DNA of 64,000 nt from Candidatus Poribacteria bacterium (GTDB taxonomy: Bacteria; Poribacteria; WGA-4E; WGA-3G): the NCBI GenBank assembly GCA_965215265.1, contig OZ244048.1, positions 320,001-384,000 on the forward strand, given 5' to 3'. The position numbers and the translations under genes were made by a program. Shown here one piece after another: positions 20,002 to 29,705 of this stretch (within the stretch, counting starts at the first letter, position 1; each line of letters starts with the position of its first letter). The notes under the pieces were generated by a model. The model worked only from the letters and a program-made list of their open reading frames with translations, had not been told where the DNA came from and did not search any database.

Positions 20002-20117
20002 ACGATACTCCTTTCTGAATCTAATGCCTCGTTGAGTTCTTGGGTTAGAATGCCCTGAATGTGTAGGTAGCCTGCCGCATCAAAAGCATAGTTCTCTTCT
20101 CCGTTTATGTGATGCAT
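19998..20117 (-). pseudogene. 39-aa remnant of a phytanoyl-CoA dioxygenase (PhyH)-like gene
   Basis: MHHINGEENYAFDAAGYLHIQGILTQELNEALDSERSIV*; FDxxGYLxIxGxL is the PhyH N-terminal motif; TGA overlaps creatininase ATG (ATGA). Confidence 0.6.
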
Positions 20118-20130
20118 TCAATTGGTGCCG

Positions 20131-21174
20131 TCACTTTCCTAACCCCATCCGATATTTGATGTCGTAGTTGACAATGAAATCTAATTCCTCGTTCGTAAAC
20201 CCATAGTGTTGTGCGAGTACTTGGTCAATTTTATCTATGATGGGCTTGGAATAGCGCGGGAAAAATTCATCATAGATGACGAGGCCTGTTGTTTTGTAAT
20301 AACATTCTTTGCGCTGTGCGTGATTTTTCAGGTCCTGCATCAGTTCGACGGAGAGCTCAGAGAGACGTTGTTTTATTGCCGTGTCCATTTCTGTAATGCC
20401 TATGGGGAAGCTTCTAATTTCACGTACACTCACGACTCTGCAATCCGAGAGAATGATGAACCACCAATAGAAAAGGGAACTGTTCAAAAGTGCGACGACT
20501 GCAGCTGCATCTAATTCCGTTGCTAAGGACAGAGATTTGACACTTGTCGATTTTCGCTCCCCATCTCGTTCATTCCAGAAGTAAGGAATAAAGTTCATTG
20601 CTCTGACCCAATAGCGTGGTGAATTATGGAAGTATATTGTGTGGGAATCTCGCCTCCTCTCAAGATACGTACCTAAAGGTAGGAATTGGGCTAATTTCTC
20701 CCATAGGTTCTGTTCTATTTCATTGTGAAACTTGGGAACTGAATTTTGAAACGACACCTGTGCAACATCGGCATGTTCCATAACGGCAAATAGATGGGAA
20801 CGAGCTTGCTCATGCCATCTATTATAGCGAGACCCGAACAACGTAGGTGTAGGCTTTGCACTGTGCCGAATAATGTAAATCGCCAAGCGTTGATCTGCTC
20901 CAAGGAACAATTTTGCCGGACGAATTCCGTATGTTTGCACCCATCCAGCCCCTTTGGAGCGATGAAATAGAACTTGGAGCGGGGCCATTCTATTTGTGCA
21001 GTAAGCGGAGTGTGGAATTATCATCGATTTCCACCCGCTCTTTTGAAGCAGCTGGAAACTCCTTTCAAACACAAACGCGTAGAGATTACCGCAGCTCTCT
21101 GTCTCATATCTCTTGATGGTGTACTCTTTCTTCACCTTGCTATATTCCACATACGGTGGATTGCCGATAATCAC
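20131..21174 (-). CDS. Eco57I-like (type IIG-type, gamma class) adenine methyltransferase, C-terminal part (NPPY + TRD), frameshifted from 21267..23426
   Basis: Frame is open back to the G9 tract: GNREIIGDAAYQAWLSSHKPFHWFIAFYGILKKGGFDVIIGNPPY. Confidence 0.9.
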   Translation of the reverse strand: MIIGNPPYVEYSKVKKEYTIKRYETESCGNLYAFVFERSFQLLQKSGWKSMIIPHSAYCTNRMAPLQVLFHRSKGAGWVQTYGIRPAKLFLGADQRLAIYIIRHSAKPTPTLFGSRYNRWHEQARSHLFAVMEHADVAQVSFQNSVPKFHNEIEQNLWEKLAQFLPLGTYLERRRDSHTIYFHNSPRYWVRAMNFIPYFWNERDGERKSTSVKSLSLATELDAAAVVALLNSSLFYWWFIILSDCRVVSVREIRSFPIGITEMDTAIKQRLSELSVELMQDLKNHAQRKECYYKTTGLVIYDEFFPRYSKPIIDKIDQVLAQHYGFTNEELDFIVNYDIKYRMGLGK

Positions 21175-21266
21175 ATCGAACCCGCCCTTCTTGAGGATGC
21201 CGTAAAACGCGATGAACCAATGGAACGGCTTATGTGAAGAAAGCCACGCCTGATAAGCAGCGTCAC

Positions 21267-23426
21267 CTATAATTTCTCTATTTCCCCCCCCCTTCCACTA
21301 TACTTTTGTGAAGTCTTCACGCCGTATTCTCCCGCAAGGTACTGATTCAGTTCGGACCCTAACTCCTTCAGTTTACCCTGCAACTTCTGTTTGTCAGCCG
21401 GTTTCACCGTCCCGCCCAATTCGGTTTGCTGCTGGCGAAACAGGGCAAACAGACTTTCAACGTCTTCCACGCGTGCTTGAATCCGCCCCATCGTGTCGTC
21501 AAAGTCGAACTTACCCGTGACTGCACTTTCTACCTCCTCATAAGTCGCATAGCCGACGAGTGTGTTGCCTGCCTGCACGTTAAAGTCTATGTCCGGCAGC
21601 GGTTCAATCTGTTTCACGTTCTCAAGCTGCGCCACCATTTTTAGGAAGAGACGCAGCTTGCAAATTTCGACGGCCTCGTCCATGATGTCTACACCATATA
21701 GGTTGTTGACGATGATGGACTTGAGGATAAAATAGCGGCGGTTTGGGTGCTGCTTAATCCGGTCAAGGAGTTGGCGGAAGTCCGTGTATTTACGGGAATG
21801 TTGCGATGCTTCGTCCAAGAAGGCTTGCATCCGATTTAGGCACGCCTCATAGAGCGGTTCGAGGATATTGAGCGCAGCAAATAAGAAGGCACCGGAGCCG
21901 CACGTCGGATCCAGCACAGTTAGCTGCGTCATCGCCTTCCAAAACGCACGGAGCAGCTCGGGGCCCTCACAACTCTCAATCACGTCTTGCGCGAATTGAC
22001 GAATGTTGAGGTTGTCTGTTATCAGTGCGTTGATGTCCCTGATTTCTCCGTTGGCGAGTTTGGCGCGAACGGTTTCGTAGCGTTGCCGGCGTGCGATGAC
22101 TTCTCGCCACGTTTCCACCGGCAAGGCGTACTCCGCAGGGGCCAACGTGTTCCAGGTTGTCCGTTTGGAGACATCGTCAATGCCAGCAGCGATTTCTGGC
22201 GGTAAATCCAAGTCTACCCCTTTTTTCACTGCATCGTAGAGGTAGCGTTCCGGCACGGCCTGTAGCAGCTGCCACACGGACGTGTCCCCTTCAAATGCGA
22301 TTCTACACGAACGCCGCGCCGCATCAAATAGGAACGGAAGCATCGTATTTTTGCTGATATATTCCGTTATGTCCTCTTTCGTGTAGTATGCACCCATCTG
22401 CTTCTGGTTGATGTACTTTTCAAAGATGTAACCCAGCACATCAGGGTTGATTTCGTTATCGTTTCGCAGCGGGCGCTCGTCTAGATGCCACTGGTAACGT
22501 TCAAAGAAGGTGAAAATCTGTTCAAAAGCCGTGTCGGCAATCTCAATGGTTTCCCCGTGAAGTGTCTCAATCTCGTGTTTCTGAAAGATGCCGCCGTTGA
22601 GGTATGGGATTTTTCCGAGCAAGCGGTGTATCTCTCGGCTGCGTTCCGCTTCCGGTTTCGCAAACCCTTCAAAGAAGAGCGGACAGAGGAAGTGTTTGTA
22701 GTATCTATTGGATGAGGGGGGCGCAGCAGCACTGGCGGCTTGGTTCTCTGCCAGTTTGGTGCGTAGGTAGTTATCGTCGTTATCAAGGAACCCTTTCTTC
22801 TGAATAAAATAGATGAACATCAGCCGGTTGAGCATGACGGAGGCGTACCCACGTTGCATCTCTTCATCGGGAATGCCTTTGAGGAAGTTGAGAAAGGCGG
22901 TGTGTTCCCTCTTGAAATGCTCATAAAACCGTCTGGTGACCTTCTCAACGTCGAAGCCTGCCTGAACGCGTCCAGTCACGTCTGGCAGCGTGAGTTGTTC
23001 TTCCTCCTGCAAACCAAAAGCAAGGGTTTTGAGTTTTTGGATGAGGGAGTCGCCGGATTGTGTTATCTGATACCGATGTTCCCGAGAAGCGGTGGGTTTC
23101 CCTGCCTCATGTTTAACCCACTGCCAGACTTGCGTTTTTCTTTGAGCGTCCGTGTAGATGATAAAGTGTTCATGGACAGATTTTGCGACCTGTTTTTGGA
23201 TTTTGCGGCGTGTTGTGTAATCGGGGATTTGTCCGTCAAGCGATGCGGTGGACTGAAAAACAACCAGGCCGCGTTTTTGGGCGATTGCAGTGAGTTGGTA
23301 GTCGGTTTCATCTACTGTAACGGAGAGCACTTGTGTATGATAATCCCAACCGAGTTCTTCAATAAAGATAGATTCAAATGCGGATGCTCTCAGGTATTGG
23401 CGTATTTCTGGGAGATTGATTTGCAT
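21267..23426 (-). CDS. Eco57I-like adenine methyltransferase, N-terminal part
   Basis: LNRLMFIYF, PYLNGGIF, LGYIFE, GAYYT, VLDPTCGSGAF, LYGVDI, GNTL motifs; stops just after the G9 tract. Confidence 0.9.
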   Translation of the reverse strand: MQINLPEIRQYLRASAFESIFIEELGWDYHTQVLSVTVDETDYQLTAIAQKRGLVVFQSTASLDGQIPDYTTRRKIQKQVAKSVHEHFIIYTDAQRKTQVWQWVKHEAGKPTASREHRYQITQSGDSLIQKLKTLAFGLQEEEQLTLPDVTGRVQAGFDVEKVTRRFYEHFKREHTAFLNFLKGIPDEEMQRGYASVMLNRLMFIYFIQKKGFLDNDDNYLRTKLAENQAASAAAPPSSNRYYKHFLCPLFFEGFAKPEAERSREIHRLLGKIPYLNGGIFQKHEIETLHGETIEIADTAFEQIFTFFERYQWHLDERPLRNDNEINPDVLGYIFEKYINQKQMGAYYTKEDITEYISKNTMLPFLFDAARRSCRIAFEGDTSVWQLLQAVPERYLYDAVKKGVDLDLPPEIAAGIDDVSKRTTWNTLAPAEYALPVETWREVIARRQRYETVRAKLANGEIRDINALITDNLNIRQFAQDVIESCEGPELLRAFWKAMTQLTVLDPTCGSGAFLFAALNILEPLYEACLNRMQAFLDEASQHSRKYTDFRQLLDRIKQHPNRRYFILKSIIVNNLYGVDIMDEAVEICKLRLFLKMVAQLENVKQIEPLPDIDFNVQAGNTLVGYATYEEVESAVTGKFDFDDTMGRIQARVEDVESLFALFRQQQTELGGTVKPADKQKLQGKLKELGSELNQYLAGEYGVKTSQKYSGRGGEIEKL
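21284..21292 (-). repeat. G9 homopolymer (coding strand) at the frameshift
   Basis: C9 on + strand; G10 would give one 1098-aa ORF 23426..20131. Confidence 0.9.
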
Positions 23427-23470
23427 GGGTGTTTTCCTATGAAACCTCTGTGTGGCGAAATAGTAAGCAA

Positions 23471-23499
23471 ATTATACACGATGTCTCAACGGAATTCAA
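23471..23499 (-). promoter_or_regulatory. sigma70-type promoter of the methyltransferase
   Basis: TTGAAT-17 nt-TATAAT about 45 nt above the ATG. Confidence 0.65.
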
Positions 23500-23849
23500 G
23501 ACTTTTAGTACGCGCTGTCTCGAAGCAGTTTGGGGAGCCGCCAGCTGCTGGGAGATTCCTGATTAAATTCTTAATTTTTATCAAAGTGCGCCGAGCCAGG
23601 GTATCCCGTTAATTCTAAGCTTTACTATATTATCGCACATTTCTGCCGCTTGATGGATAACGAATTTCCATTCTGCCAGGGCTATTCGGTTTTTGGCGTT
23701 TTAACTATTTTGGCTGCTACAAGAAAACTGAATGACCTTATAGTGAAAGTATTCCGCGAGTGCACTTTTTTGTGCGCTACCTTATAATGCAACGCAATAT
23801 AACAACATAATTTGGATGAGATTTCTCTGGTTCAGGGAAGGCAGATCGA

Positions 23850-24262
23850 ATGAATATAAAAATAATTTTGACATTGGCTCTGGCGAGCTCGGTTTTACAA
23901 GTGAATCCTTCTCAAAGTCAAGTCGTTAGAGACGGCCTGGTTAACTACTGGAGTTTTGATGCTGCAGATGTTGAAGGCAACACCGTTAAAGACGTTGTGG
24001 GAGGCAATGACGGAACGATTGTAGATGGACCTAAACAGGTTAGAGGCAAATTCGGTGAAGCGTTTGAATTTGCTGGGAAGCCGGACGCGATTGATGTTGG
24101 TTCCCCCACCGATGGTAATCTCGATTTTGGCGATGCCAAAGATTTCTCGATGATGGCATAGATAGGAGTTGGCAAACCGCTAGAATTAGACGGAGAGCCG
24201 TCTAGAATCGTTAGTAAGGGGGATGGGGGTGGCAATGCCAGAATTCTCTGGAAGATTGACAC
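23850..24262 (+). pseudogene. Truncated LamG-like secreted protein
   Basis: Signal peptide, GLVNYWSFD, GKFGEAFEF, TAG at the conserved Trp (FSMMA*I), LamG-like IVSKG...ILWKI continues to about 24262 and is then replaced by the MTase. Confidence 0.85.
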
Positions 24263-25035
24263 AACTTTTGTAGTCTTTCTCGTGCAATTTCGCAGTAATT
24301 TCCATTAATTTCACTACCAAGAAAAATTCTGTGGTTCTTCTCAGCCATTACTGCAACCGTCCCGCTCCCTAAAAATGGATCGTATACCAAATCCCCAGGG
24401 TTGCTCCACGTGATAATATGATCGTTCGCTAATTGCTCGGGGAATATGGCGGGGTGTTTGTGTGCTATTTTATCCGATGCTGAGTGTCCACTGCCGATGA
24501 GATATTCCCAGACGTTCGTGCGTCTACCGTACTCCGCATAGCCCTTTCGCTTCATTCGCAATAAAGAGCCATCACGCAAGCGTTTTGTGCCAATATCGCC
24601 TTTACGTGATTTCTTATTCTTTCGATCTTTGATCAGGTTGATTGTTTTCGGCTGTCCCTTAGAAAACACGAACATATACTCAAATGATTGCCAATAGGTC
24701 TTATTATTGCCGACTGCACCTCTGGGTGGTTTCAAGTAGATCATCGTGTCAAACAAGTTAAATCCGATTTCCTTGAAATAGAGTGCTTGGCGAAATGAGG
24801 TGCCTGACTCGTTCCCTTTTACCGTCTCGTCTCCAATCACCCAAACGACCACTCCGCCCTTTTTAATAATGCGGTACAACTCAACAGCGATCTTTTCAAA
24901 GCCTTCTAACATGTACCCTTCGTACTCACGCATATTGTCATAGGGCGGTGAAGTCACGACAAGGTCAACGAATTCATCGTCCATCAATGCCATCGTGTCT
25001 ATGCAATTTTCATTTTTAATCCGGTTCAATTCCAT
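24211..25035 (-). CDS. Orphan beta-class DNA methyltransferase (N4-cytosine likely)
   Basis: VVTSPPY (motif IV), HPAIFP, VYDPFLGSGT (motif I). Confidence 0.93.
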   Translation of the reverse strand: MELNRIKNENCIDTMALMDDEFVDLVVTSPPYDNMREYEGYMLEGFEKIAVELYRIIKKGGVVVWVIGDETVKGNESGTSFRQALYFKEIGFNLFDTMIYLKPPRGAVGNNKTYWQSFEYMFVFSKGQPKTINLIKDRKNKKSRKGDIGTKRLRDGSLLRMKRKGYAEYGRRTNVWEYLIGSGHSASDKIAHKHPAIFPEQLANDHIITWSNPGDLVYDPFLGSGTVAVMAEKNHRIFLGSEINGNYCEIARERLQKLCQSSREFWHCHPHPPY

Positions 25036-25304
25036 GATACACTTCCTTATAGCAGTCTGTTAGAGACAAGTGATGGAATTTGATTTGAAGTTTCTCTGCG
25101 TTAAATCTTTTACAACTCATAATTTTTTTACGGTATCGTGCCAAATTGTATTTGTCAGGAGCCGCTTCATGCGTACTCAACAAACACTGTTTTTTTTGTA
25201 TACTTCAGTACCATCACCGCTTATGCTTTGCTGGCTCGTGTGTAAATCTCGTGGATTTGGGTGGGCCCAAATCCTCTCTCTGTAATGTTCTAAACATAAG
25301 ATGA

Positions 25305-25376
25305 AAAAAAATAAAGTGATACGTTGCTCCGTTAGCGACCGCACTTCTCACGAAAATTGTGCGGTGGGACAGCAAC
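25305..25376 (-). terminator. Possible intrinsic terminator after the large exported protein
   Basis: GTTGCT...ACCGCAC/GTGCGGT...AGCAAC stem followed on the minus strand by a T-rich run. Confidence 0.4.
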
Positions 25377-25377
25377 T

Positions 25378-28300
25378 CTACTTCCTTAGCAGCATTTTAC
25401 GCGTCGCAGTGAAATCACCTGCCGTGAGCGTGTAGAAATAGACACCACTCGCCACAGGCTCACCCTGTTCATTTTTACCGTCCCAATACACCGCACGACT
25501 CCGGCTCTCATACAGACCCGCCGCCTTATGCCCCAGCGACAATTGCCGAACCACCAGCCCCCGCGCAGAATAGACAGTCAAACTTACATCCGCAGCGTCC
25601 GACAACTGATACGGTATCCACGTCTCTGGGTTGAACGGGTTCGGATAATTCGCCAGCAGCACCGTTTCTTCAGGCAGCAGCGAGGCGAAAAGACTTTGGA
25701 GATTCGCAATCCCTTGTTGGAAAGCGAGTGAGCCATCATTTTCTGCCTGTGCTTGTGTTATCCACGCCCGAACTATCTCTGGAGTTAGTTCCACCCTGTC
25801 TCTCACCCCAGCAAAAGGGGCGGCGGCAGTGGTGGATTCGCCCATGTGTTGTGCCACAAGGATGAGATCTTGGACGTTAATCTTCCCATCGCGATTCACA
25901 TCCGCTTGCGGGTTAGCAGCCGCATCCTCGCCTAAGTAGCGCGCCACCTGAATCATGTCCAGAACGCTCACCTGCCCATCGGCATTCACATCCCAGGTCG
26001 GTTTAGACTCTACAGTAATGGTAAGATTTGGCACACCGGCTGCAATCACCTCACCGGTGCTATCACCAAGTTGGAAGCTAGACAGTGTGAGTTCACTGTC
26101 GCCCGCCCCCCTCGCGGAGAATACCACTGACAGCAATCTCCCGGTGCCGCTCACACCTTTTTCAGAAAGCAACGCAGCGCTGAGCCCCGCAATTTTACCT
26201 GTTGTATTGTCAATCGTGCCTCGCTGGAAGAAGGTCGTCCCACCACCTTTCTTCAGCAAATCCCCCTCGCTGACTTCAACCGCTTCAAGTATCTCAGGGG
26301 AAAATGCTACATCAAATTGCCACCCGGCTAAATCGGTAACCTTTTCTGCACCAATACGAACAGTGAAGGTATCACCAACGCGAACACTCGTTGTGTCTGT
26401 TGAGAGCACGAATCCAGTGCCAGGGTAGACTACGGCATATTCTGCCTCAGGTGCAAACCCAAAGAAGCCGCTCCAATCACCCCATATATTGTCAACAGCC
26501 ACTAATAACATATTTGTACCCTCATTTAGCGTTACAGGGATAATATGCTGATAATTGATAGCAGATGGATCCCAGCCCGGGCCGAACTCCTTGTAAATCA
26601 ACTGCCCGTTGAGCCAGACTTTGACACCATCATCCGCTCCGACAAATATTTTCGTCTGTTGTTCGCGTGGAGAATTCAACAGGATTGAACCGTAGAGAAC
26701 ATAACCAACTGTCTCTTCACCTGTTCCCCAGCCCAGAGCGTTCGTCATGTCGCCGATATTATTTCCTCCTGTGGGTGAAATCTCGTGGATAGTCCATACG
26801 CTATCTGCAACAGTTGCTCCCTCCTTAGCCCCGCGGGTAGCAATCTGTAATTCGGTTACGGCACCGCCACTCGCTTGAGACAGAAAATCTGTTTCTCTAT
26901 TCAGCTCGGGTCCCGGTACCATTGCCCATAACCAGGGACCCACTATTTTCGGGCCGCCTTGCGGGAAACCCGGATTCCTGTACCAGATGATATTTGCATC
27001 GGCGGGTAACCGGTTCAAATGCGAGATGTCTGATATATCATTGTGGCCCAGGTGTACCCATTGCAAATTGTGCAAAGATGCAAGCGGTGAGACATCTGAT
27101 ATATGGTTGCTTTGCAGGTGTAGCCGTCTCAACTTGCGCATGGATGCAAGCGGCGAAATATCTGATATGTCATGATTTTCAAATAACTCCAATTCTTCCA
27201 AATGAATCAATCCTACTAAGGGTGAGATATCTGAGATTCCACTCCGTGCGGCACTTAGTTCTTTCAGACCCACGAGTCCTTTCAAAGGTGCAAGGCTCGG
27301 GCTCTCTGCGTAGAAAAATCTCAGCCTTTCCAAATTTGTTAATCCGGCGAGTGGCGACAGGTCCGATACTGGTGAGTGAGTGAACCATATAGACTTCAGT
27401 TTTGAAAGCCCTGCAAGAGGCGATAAATCAGATACATCGGTATCCCCGAACCGAAGAAACTCTAGGTTGATTAATCCTGCAAGTGGCGACAGGTCTGATA
27501 TTGATTTGCTCGAAAAGGTGAGACGGTGCAATTTTGTTAATCCGGCGAGAGGTGATAGATCCGATATGAACCCCAAATCATCCTCCGACCCCACGTCAAT
27601 AAATAATCTTTCCAAATTTGTTGCAAACTCAATCCCTGTCAATTCTCGGACTTCCCGCACACCAATGTCCACAATCGTTGCCATTTCCTTGACTGTAATC
27701 GGGGTGCCAGGGGCTTTGCCAATTGCTTCTTCAATCACGGCACGCAGGTTTGCGTCAGGGATGTGAACAGTCGCCCCAGGGAGACGTTCTGTCTGAGTCG
27801 CAACAGGCACCGCTACGCTCTCCACAGGGAAATCCAGCGCAAACATCACTTCACTAAAGTGCACCGTCCAAGTGTCCCGTTTCACAGTGCCGTTTTCGCC
27901 CAACAGCGAACCCAATAAGTTTTGCAAACTCGCGTTCTCACGAATCTTTCCCACAAAGGCATCCGTTTCTAACCCAACGGCGGCGGCAGCGTGCGCCGCA
28001 TCCAGCGGCGCTTGGAACGCCTCGTGGAATCGCTGAATCGGCTCAATACCACCGAATACACCACCGGTGTCTTTAAGTGCCGCCCTATAACGCGCGGTAT
28101 CCTCAGCAACTAACTCATCCATCACACCTTTCTCTGTATAGAGACGTAAAGCCTGCGCTCTATTGAAGGGCGGGTTCGCATTCTCCCATACAACCGCACG
28201 CACCTCATCTTCAAGCGGCTTCATCCCTTTTGTATGGCAACCTATGCAGGACAGCCCGTTCCGCACCGTCGGATCGCTCGCCGCAGGATTTGAGACGATG

Positions 28301-29469
28301 CTTATCGGCGCTTCATCCAGGCGATTCCCACCCGCATCTACCAGATAGTACGCCTGCAAGCCGTTCGGCAGGTTAAAGATAATCTCCCCGCCGTCGTGTC
28401 TGAAAGAGAGGGGATGCGTGAAGATATTCTGCGTGCCCGCACTCCCTGCGAAGTCGTAGCTTTTCCAATACGCCCCATATCGCGAGAGATGTCTTTCAAC
28501 AACACGGTTGTGATTAGAGACACCGGAGTCGTTGAAACCCGCACGCCACACGCGCCGCCCCGCCGCATTCCGCAGGTTTTCAACAACGTTCACCTCAAGA
28601 CGTGCCTCTAATTCCCGGTCTGTCGCAGGCAGCGCCAAAATATCATGATAGAGCGGGGGCAAGGAGGCGTTTGCCAGAAACCAATCCACATGGATAAACG
28701 GCACTTCGCATTGCATCGCTTCACGCAGGCGCGCCAAGGTTTCCTGCAGATGTGTCTGTGTGGGTGCTGCATAGTTATTTTTATACGGATAGGCGCTTTC
28801 AATCTGTGTCCATCGGTTACTGCCTATCTCCCATTCGTAGTCGCGAAGGTCTATGTAGAAAATCGTGGCTTCCGCGTCAATCGATTGTGGGTTGATAACC
28901 TCGCGCCCCCAGGAGAGGCTATTGACGAGTTTGGAGAGGGCGCGTTGATAGGCGTGTAGTGCCTCCGCACTCTCGCCTGCGTTATAGAGGTGTGTGAGCG
29001 TGAAATAGCGTGCAAATCCCCGGTCAAAAGGGGCGAGCGAGTTGACATGCTTCTCAATGGTATTGAACATCTCCTCGGTTGTGATGAAGCCGCCGTGTGT
29101 GGCGGTGGTTTGCCAATCTGGGGCACCTGCGGCAATCCACAATTGGATGAGAAAAATATCGTCATCGGACAGCCGGGGTAGGTTTAACGGCATCCGTTCC
29201 GCAGGATTCTCTGTTATTAAGCGTTGATAGAGCAAGGAGGCATCGGTGTCTCGTGGGATGACGTTTTGAGACGCGATGAGCTCGGCATGCTGCATTGTCA
29301 GTTCATCGGCGTAAGCCCCGAATTCACCATGGCAATTCAGGCAGTGTTGTTCAAAGATAGCGTAAACTTTTTGTGCGAGCGGCTGTTGTGCCTCACCGTT
29401 TTGATAAGCCACGAGGAGCATGAATATGCAGATAAAACCGCGCCAGATGATGCTTTTAGATTTTCTCAT
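25378..29469 (-). CDS. Large exported protein: c-type cytochrome domains, internalin-like LRRs, cohesin, dockerin, FlgD/T9SS type A-like CTD
   Basis: AAAGGAG SD before ATG 29469 (1363 aa); signal peptide; CLNCH and CIGCH; about 9 ISDLSPLAGL repeats; DLAGWQFDVAF cohesin; DVNADGQVSVLD/DVNRDGKINVQD dockerin; NYPNPFNPETWIPY...SGVYFY...RKMLLRK. Confidence 0.92.
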   Translation of the reverse strand: MRKSKSIIWRGFICIFMLLVAYQNGEAQQPLAQKVYAIFEQHCLNCHGEFGAYADELTMQHAELIASQNVIPRDTDASLLYQRLITENPAERMPLNLPRLSDDDIFLIQLWIAAGAPDWQTTATHGGFITTEEMFNTIEKHVNSLAPFDRGFARYFTLTHLYNAGESAEALHAYQRALSKLVNSLSWGREVINPQSIDAEATIFYIDLRDYEWEIGSNRWTQIESAYPYKNNYAAPTQTHLQETLARLREAMQCEVPFIHVDWFLANASLPPLYHDILALPATDRELEARLEVNVVENLRNAAGRRVWRAGFNDSGVSNHNRVVERHLSRYGAYWKSYDFAGSAGTQNIFTHPLSFRHDGGEIIFNLPNGLQAYYLVDAGGNRLDEAPISIVSNPAASDPTVRNGLSCIGCHTKGMKPLEDEVRAVVWENANPPFNRAQALRLYTEKGVMDELVAEDTARYRAALKDTGGVFGGIEPIQRFHEAFQAPLDAAHAAAAVGLETDAFVGKIRENASLQNLLGSLLGENGTVKRDTWTVHFSEVMFALDFPVESVAVPVATQTERLPGATVHIPDANLRAVIEEAIGKAPGTPITVKEMATIVDIGVREVRELTGIEFATNLERLFIDVGSEDDLGFISDLSPLAGLTKLHRLTFSSKSISDLSPLAGLINLEFLRFGDTDVSDLSPLAGLSKLKSIWFTHSPVSDLSPLAGLTNLERLRFFYAESPSLAPLKGLVGLKELSAARSGISDISPLVGLIHLEELELFENHDISDISPLASMRKLRRLHLQSNHISDVSPLASLHNLQWVHLGHNDISDISHLNRLPADANIIWYRNPGFPQGGPKIVGPWLWAMVPGPELNRETDFLSQASGGAVTELQIATRGAKEGATVADSVWTIHEISPTGGNNIGDMTNALGWGTGEETVGYVLYGSILLNSPREQQTKIFVGADDGVKVWLNGQLIYKEFGPGWDPSAINYQHIIPVTLNEGTNMLLVAVDNIWGDWSGFFGFAPEAEYAVVYPGTGFVLSTDTTSVRVGDTFTVRIGAEKVTDLAGWQFDVAFSPEILEAVEVSEGDLLKKGGGTTFFQRGTIDNTTGKIAGLSAALLSEKGVSGTGRLLSVVFSARGAGDSELTLSSFQLGDSTGEVIAAGVPNLTITVESKPTWDVNADGQVSVLDMIQVARYLGEDAAANPQADVNRDGKINVQDLILVAQHMGESTTAAAPFAGVRDRVELTPEIVRAWITQAQAENDGSLAFQQGIANLQSLFASLLPEETVLLANYPNPFNPETWIPYQLSDAADVSLTVYSARGLVVRQLSLGHKAAGLYESRSRAVYWDGKNEQGEPVASGVYFYTLTAGDFTATRKMLLRK
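27010..27570 (-). repeat. Coding LRR tandem array (about 66-nt period)
   Basis: About 9 copies of 22-aa SDxSPLxxLxxL units; boundaries approximate. Confidence 0.8.
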
Positions 29470-29705
29470 TTTATGATTTCTCCTTTGGACACGCGAATCC
29501 GTGCAGCTTGTTTTGAGAAAAGAATTCATCCCTGCAAGCAGGGAGAACTTCTTATTGGAATGAGGTCTCACCGTCTCATTTTTCGGACGATGGGACGTTT
29601 TATAGTGAACTCCGTCCTTAATACTTGATAAGTTAACATGATTCCGAGAAAATGTCAAGTTATTTTTAGTTCTTAGCACAATACGAATATTGAACGTTCC
29701 AAGAT

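Noticed and set aside
22854-23612. 252-aa plus-strand ORF and similar long shadow ORFs (45270..45860, 37130..37879, 35044..35535)
   Set aside because: Antisense to well-supported genes and without recognisable motifs
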